Of a stretch of 64,000 bases of DNA, positions 59,651 through 64,000 are shown one piece after another. The stretch lies in assembly GCF_000143415.4 (NCBI RefSeq), contig NW_003314301.1, positions 592,336-656,335 on the forward strand, given 5' to 3'. Under the pieces are notes generated by a model, which was not told the origin of the DNA, did not search any database, and worked only from the letters and a program-made list of their open reading frames with translations. Position 1 is the first letter of the stretch, and every line of letters starts with the position of its first letter. Source of the DNA: Selaginella moellendorffii. Its lineage: Eukaryota > Plantae > Lycopodiophyta. Position numbers and translations under genes: made by a program.

Positions 59651-62222
59651 CCCGTGAAAGGTAGTGTTTCCAGTTTTTTGGCTTAAAAGCTTGCTTTCGA
59701 GTAGCTTTCTTCTTTTCTTCTTCGTTTTTTATCGCAGCCCTTTGGTGTTGTGCGCAGATTAGCATAACTTATAAGAACGCAATGCGTGTCAGAGAAATCC
59801 CAGAGATAAAACTGAGGATGAGGCTTTGTCGGGCATCCACCTGACAGGCTGCGGACGTGGATGCGTCTCCGCTTGCCACGTGCCGTGGTGTCGGGTGGGC
59901 GCTGACTTGCCGGTCAACTTTACCGTCTGGTGTAAGTATGGTTAGTGCTTTCACTCACTATACGAGTATTTCTTTTTTTTACTTATTTATTTTTTTTGTG
60001 TAGGAGATTGGGTCCCCTTGGCTTGAATAAAAGATGTTAGAAAATGGATCTCAGTGCAAAGTGGTATCAGCCTCAATGCCTTTTGTGGATGAGGGGAATC
60101 TTTAAAATATTGGTATGGTCAATGTACGTCGCTTGCTTTTCTAGAACACTAGGAACATTTTTGTGGCAACCAAAAAGAAAGCAAGAGAAACAACAGGGAC
60201 AGAAATAAAATAGCAAGGCCGCTTCTTCGAAACTCCAATACCATAAACCCGAAGTACTTCCAACTAAGATCGTTCATAAACACCCACAGACTCAGATACA
60301 TGTTTAAGGAATAATTCAAGTCTTTTTGCGTGTTTAGAGAAGAATCCACGTATTTAAAACAAATATTCGAGCATGAGCACGAAGTAAACATGTAGCTGAT
60401 TGAGATTATATACCCGATGAATGATATGATTTAGTATCATATACAATGCAGGTTTATATGATTTAAATTATATACACATGTTCTTCTCTTGTGGAACGAA
60501 GTTGTGAGTGGTGAACAACTCATCGTGCTTTCTTGCTTGCAGGATATGCCGCGGGTACACTGGAAATCTTTGACGAAACACGGCTTTAAGCAACAGGGGG
60601 ATATGCCACTCTCTGCACGCAGACAGACAACACGAAACCAGGCGAGAGGGGGGGTGGTGGATTCGGATTCCATGAAACAAGATATTATGCTCCCCGCGAA
60701 AAGACGTCTCGTCTCTTTGGAGGGAATTCCAGAATTCTCGCTTGAGCTCGCAAAAGCTCGAGGAACAAATCCAAACGTATAAGTGTTACATGCACTATGG
60801 AGTTTTCACTTGGAGAGGGGATTAGAGCTTTCTTTTCGGTGTTGTCTCGTATAGCAAGAAAGGAACGACTTTGCGTGTCGGCACATTGTGCCCATTTCAT
60901 ATCGAAACATTAATATATCACTTGTCAAGCTCAGTAGGACGAAGCCGGCATTCAAGATTTTCAGCGTGAAGTCGTTTTGGCGCTGCCGGTGTCACGGTTT
61001 GGGGTTGAAAAACTTTGCCGTGGCTACGATACGGTAGCCGCCTGGTGGTGAAAGCGAGAAAAGAGGAAAAGTACTACAAACAAGGAGCTTGAGGTGGTAC
61101 TGTGAACATTGAGTTCTAAGTTTTCTAAAACTCTCACGTACCTTCTCTTTCGTGATCTCGTGCTCTTCTGGATAGACATCTATGTCTTGTTTACAGTTGT
61201 TTCGTGATTCTAACTAGCTTGAAAACCTGCGAGCTTGCAATGTTAAAAGAATGTCAACTTATAGAGCACGGCAAAAGGAAACTTCTACTTCTCTGTAAGG
61301 CCTCTGGGATGCCTTGTACAAGCCGGGGGATGCCAAGTCTATCCAAGAACATCGACACAAGCAATGTTAGTGAAAGGTTTCTTTGTTTATCCCCAAAATA
61401 ATCTAAAGCCTTGTAGCTTTTGCTGTTCTTCTTGTACAACACTCCCATAGATAAGCTCTAGCAAAAGACTAGATCCAAGCCAGCACTAGACGTAGCCTTC
61501 ATCAACTGGAAGTTACTCGTCTGCGGGTTAATCCAAATAAAAAACCACACGATTACGACTTGTCTTTAGCCAGAAACGCTTCCACCAAGCCAAGGCTCGA
61601 GCAAGGACATGGTGTGGGTTGAGGAACCATTTGAGGATGATTAGCATGCCATTAAAGAAACTAATAAAATAATGGGCTCAGTGCACTATGAGATCTATCA
61701 TGTAAATAAGTATGATAGAAAAGCCAGAGCTCATGGAGGAAAAATTGTTAAAAATTACAGCAGAAACTACAAAGAAATACGTAAGTTAGTCAGCTGTGTA
61801 TTACAGTAACAATTAGTAATGCTGGCTCTCTCCCAGGGTTTTTTTAATAGCTAGATTATTTACCTACACATTGCCTGACACTTATAAGCCACAACACCAC
61901 TGCCTTAGTTCTCATATTTTCATTCAAAGTCTCAATTGAGTTCCAGCACTATATGCTTTGGAGCACACTCACTCACACACGCACACTCTCACACTCATAT
62001 CACACACACCCAAAGTACAAAGTTCTTGAGTGGAGTGATTTAAATCCATCCCAGGGAGCTAGGAAGAAATTCTTAACTGGTTTGATGGAGATCATCCATG
62101 GACACTCCTTCACAGCTGCCCAATTTTGCCCAAGACCAACATTGATTGATCCATTGGAGTGATTCACCCAGAATTTCTTGCTACCTAGAGAAATTTCTCT
62201 TGTTTCTTCTTCTCCTCTCTCT

Positions 62223-63914
62223 ATGATCATGAGCTCCAAAGCAATGATCCATCACCAGCATCACCAGCAGCAGCAACACCACCATCTCAATCTCAATGTC
62301 AACAATGTGCTGCCAGATTGGATCAAGCCACACTACTTGACAGCAATTCACCACACTGCCCACCAGAATCTCCCCATCGCCATTCCAATTCCCATGCCAC
62401 TCCCAAATCCCCCAAGCATCAAGAAGGAGTCGCCATCCAGCGGCCAGGATCGCGACCATCGGACGATCCCCACCGCGCCAATAAAGCCTCTCTACGATCA
62501 GCACGGGCAAAGCGCGCAGTCTTGCTCCTCCTCCTCGATCCCTTTCGTCAGCCTGCGGCGGCTGCCAGAGATCGCCAGCAGCAGCTCCAGCAGCGCCTCC
62601 GGATCAGCATCCGCCACTAGCAGCAGCTGCGGCGGCGATGGCGTCCAGCAGATCCAGACCGGCATTCTCGACGACGATCGCATCCCACTGGCACTGGCAT
62701 TGCAGCTGGATCAAGATCGAGCGCGGCGGCGGCGCGAATCGTCCTCGTCGCCAAATATTTCGGATCGGGAGGAGGCCGCCATGATCGATTCTCCCGGCGC
62801 GGGGCTCCGGATTGGACTCCCGACGGAGGCGATCGCCTTGAGCAGGAGCAGCAGCGCCAGCGCCAGCGCCACGGCGGCGATCGATCAGGGCAGTAGCAGC
62901 TCGGCGGCGGTGGCGGTGGCGGTGGCAGTGGCGGATCGCTGCATGTTCCAGGATCAGGGAGCGGGGATTAGGGGCAAGGGCCAGTTCTGGATTCCAACGC
63001 CCGCGCAGATCCTTGTCGGGCCGACGCAATTCTCGTGCCCGGTGTGTGGCAAGACGTTCAATCGCTACAACAACATGCAGGTAATCAAGCGTCGAGACTT
63101 CCTGGTCGATTTCTTGCCGTGTTCTTGCGATGGATATCTTGTGTTCTTCGTTTCCGGTTTACTTGTGCGTTATACTGTCTCGTCGATGGATCGTGTTCTC
63201 TTCTTGTTGAGAGAAATGGCTGGCTGGAGTGCTCAATCTTTGGTTGATAAGAGCTCTCCTTGGATGCCGTGTGTGAGAGTTCTTGAGGTATTTGACTCCC
63301 TTGGAAGCCTTTTCTCTTCTTTTGTCTGAGAGAATCTCTTCAGATGGTACTCTTCGGTCAAGTTGGTTTTGTTCTTGCGAAATGGGAGATGACTGACTCA
63401 TTTCTCTTTTGGTTCTGTTTCCATGATCCAGATGCATATGTGGGGGCATGGATCGCAGTACCGTCGCGGCCCCGAATCCCTCCGCGGCACGCAGCCCAGC
63501 GCGATGCTCCGGCTGCCGTGCTACTGCTGCGCGCCGGGGTGCCGCAACAACATCGAGCACCCGCGCGCCAAGCCGCTCAAGGACTTCCGGACGCTCCAGA
63601 CGCACTACAAGCGCAAGCACGGCGCCAAGCCCTTCATGTGCCGCAAATGCGGCAAGGCGTTCGCGGTGCGCGGCGACTGGCGCACGCACGAGAAGAACTG
63701 CGGCAAGTTGTGGTACTGTAGCTGCGGCTCGGATTTCAAGCACAAGCGGTCGCTCAAGGACCATATCCGCGCGTTTGGGAGCGGCCACTCTCCCGTGGGG
63801 CTGGATGAACAGGAGGAAGATCCGGACGAGGACGAGGACGAGGAAGCTGGATCGAATTCCACCAACGAAGACGACGGCGAGATGGACACGACTATGACGG
63901 CCATCTCCAGCTAG
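62223..63914 (+). CDS. WIP: WIP-type C2H2 zinc-finger transcription factor, 2 exons (intron 63081-63431)
   Basis: [34 protein letters not shown] | [44 protein letters not shown]. Confidence 0.95.
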
Positions 63915-64000
63915 AAGCAGTCTTTGTTTTTTTCTTGTTTTTTTTTTCTTTTTTTTTTTGCTCCAAGAAACAGAGCACTACCTATGAAATGTAGTCAGAG

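Noticed and set aside
59833-59864. 8-bp stem GCATCCAC/GTGGATGC in a GC-rich intergenic patch
   Set aside because: Too short, with no match to a miRNA, riboswitch or other ncRNA that I recognise.
59700-62200. Short ORFs upstream of the WIP gene
   Set aside because: No recognisable domains or consistent exon chain; most likely the long regulatory region of a developmental transcription factor.

Overview
Very gene-dense plant nuclear DNA with many 50-90 nt GT-AG introns. It is probably a lycophyte, Selaginella-like; this is an inference from intron size, gene compaction, a single-DUF26 CRK, GID2 and PLS-PPR remnants. About 22 intact spliced genes can be reconstructed: RRT-type GT106, At1g05950-like, PTRHD1, STR10, apyrase, LIR1, caleosin, OCA4-like pseudophosphatase, WDR91, a nuclease-fold+kinase protein, RIO2, single-DUF26 CRK, GST zeta, UBP3/4, ALKBH10-like, Trx f, SR45a-like, At1g55535-like, GID2, PH/coiled-coil, RPC5, RAV1/DMXL and a WIP zinc finger. 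Five clear pseudogene types are present (NLR, PHT4, two PPR remnants, CAMK-like kinase, CRK copy). Most notable: (1) an ~870-bp near-perfect fold-back inside the NLR pseudogene whose outer arms are NB-ARC coding sequence, a candidate NLR-silencing hairpin; (2) a nearly intronless restriction-endonuclease-fold + atypical kinase gene resembling Crinkler-type REase-kinase proteins; (3) repeated operon-like packing of co-oriented genes with 47-114 nt spacers or spliced inter-ORF leaders; (4) a hidden 4-exon 70-aa microprotein; (5) a caleosin with a transit-peptide-like leader and a 39-bp array of splice donors; (6) a likely non-AUG N-terminal extension on the apyrase. Family assignments come from motif recognition by eye, not database searches. 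Exon models are manual.
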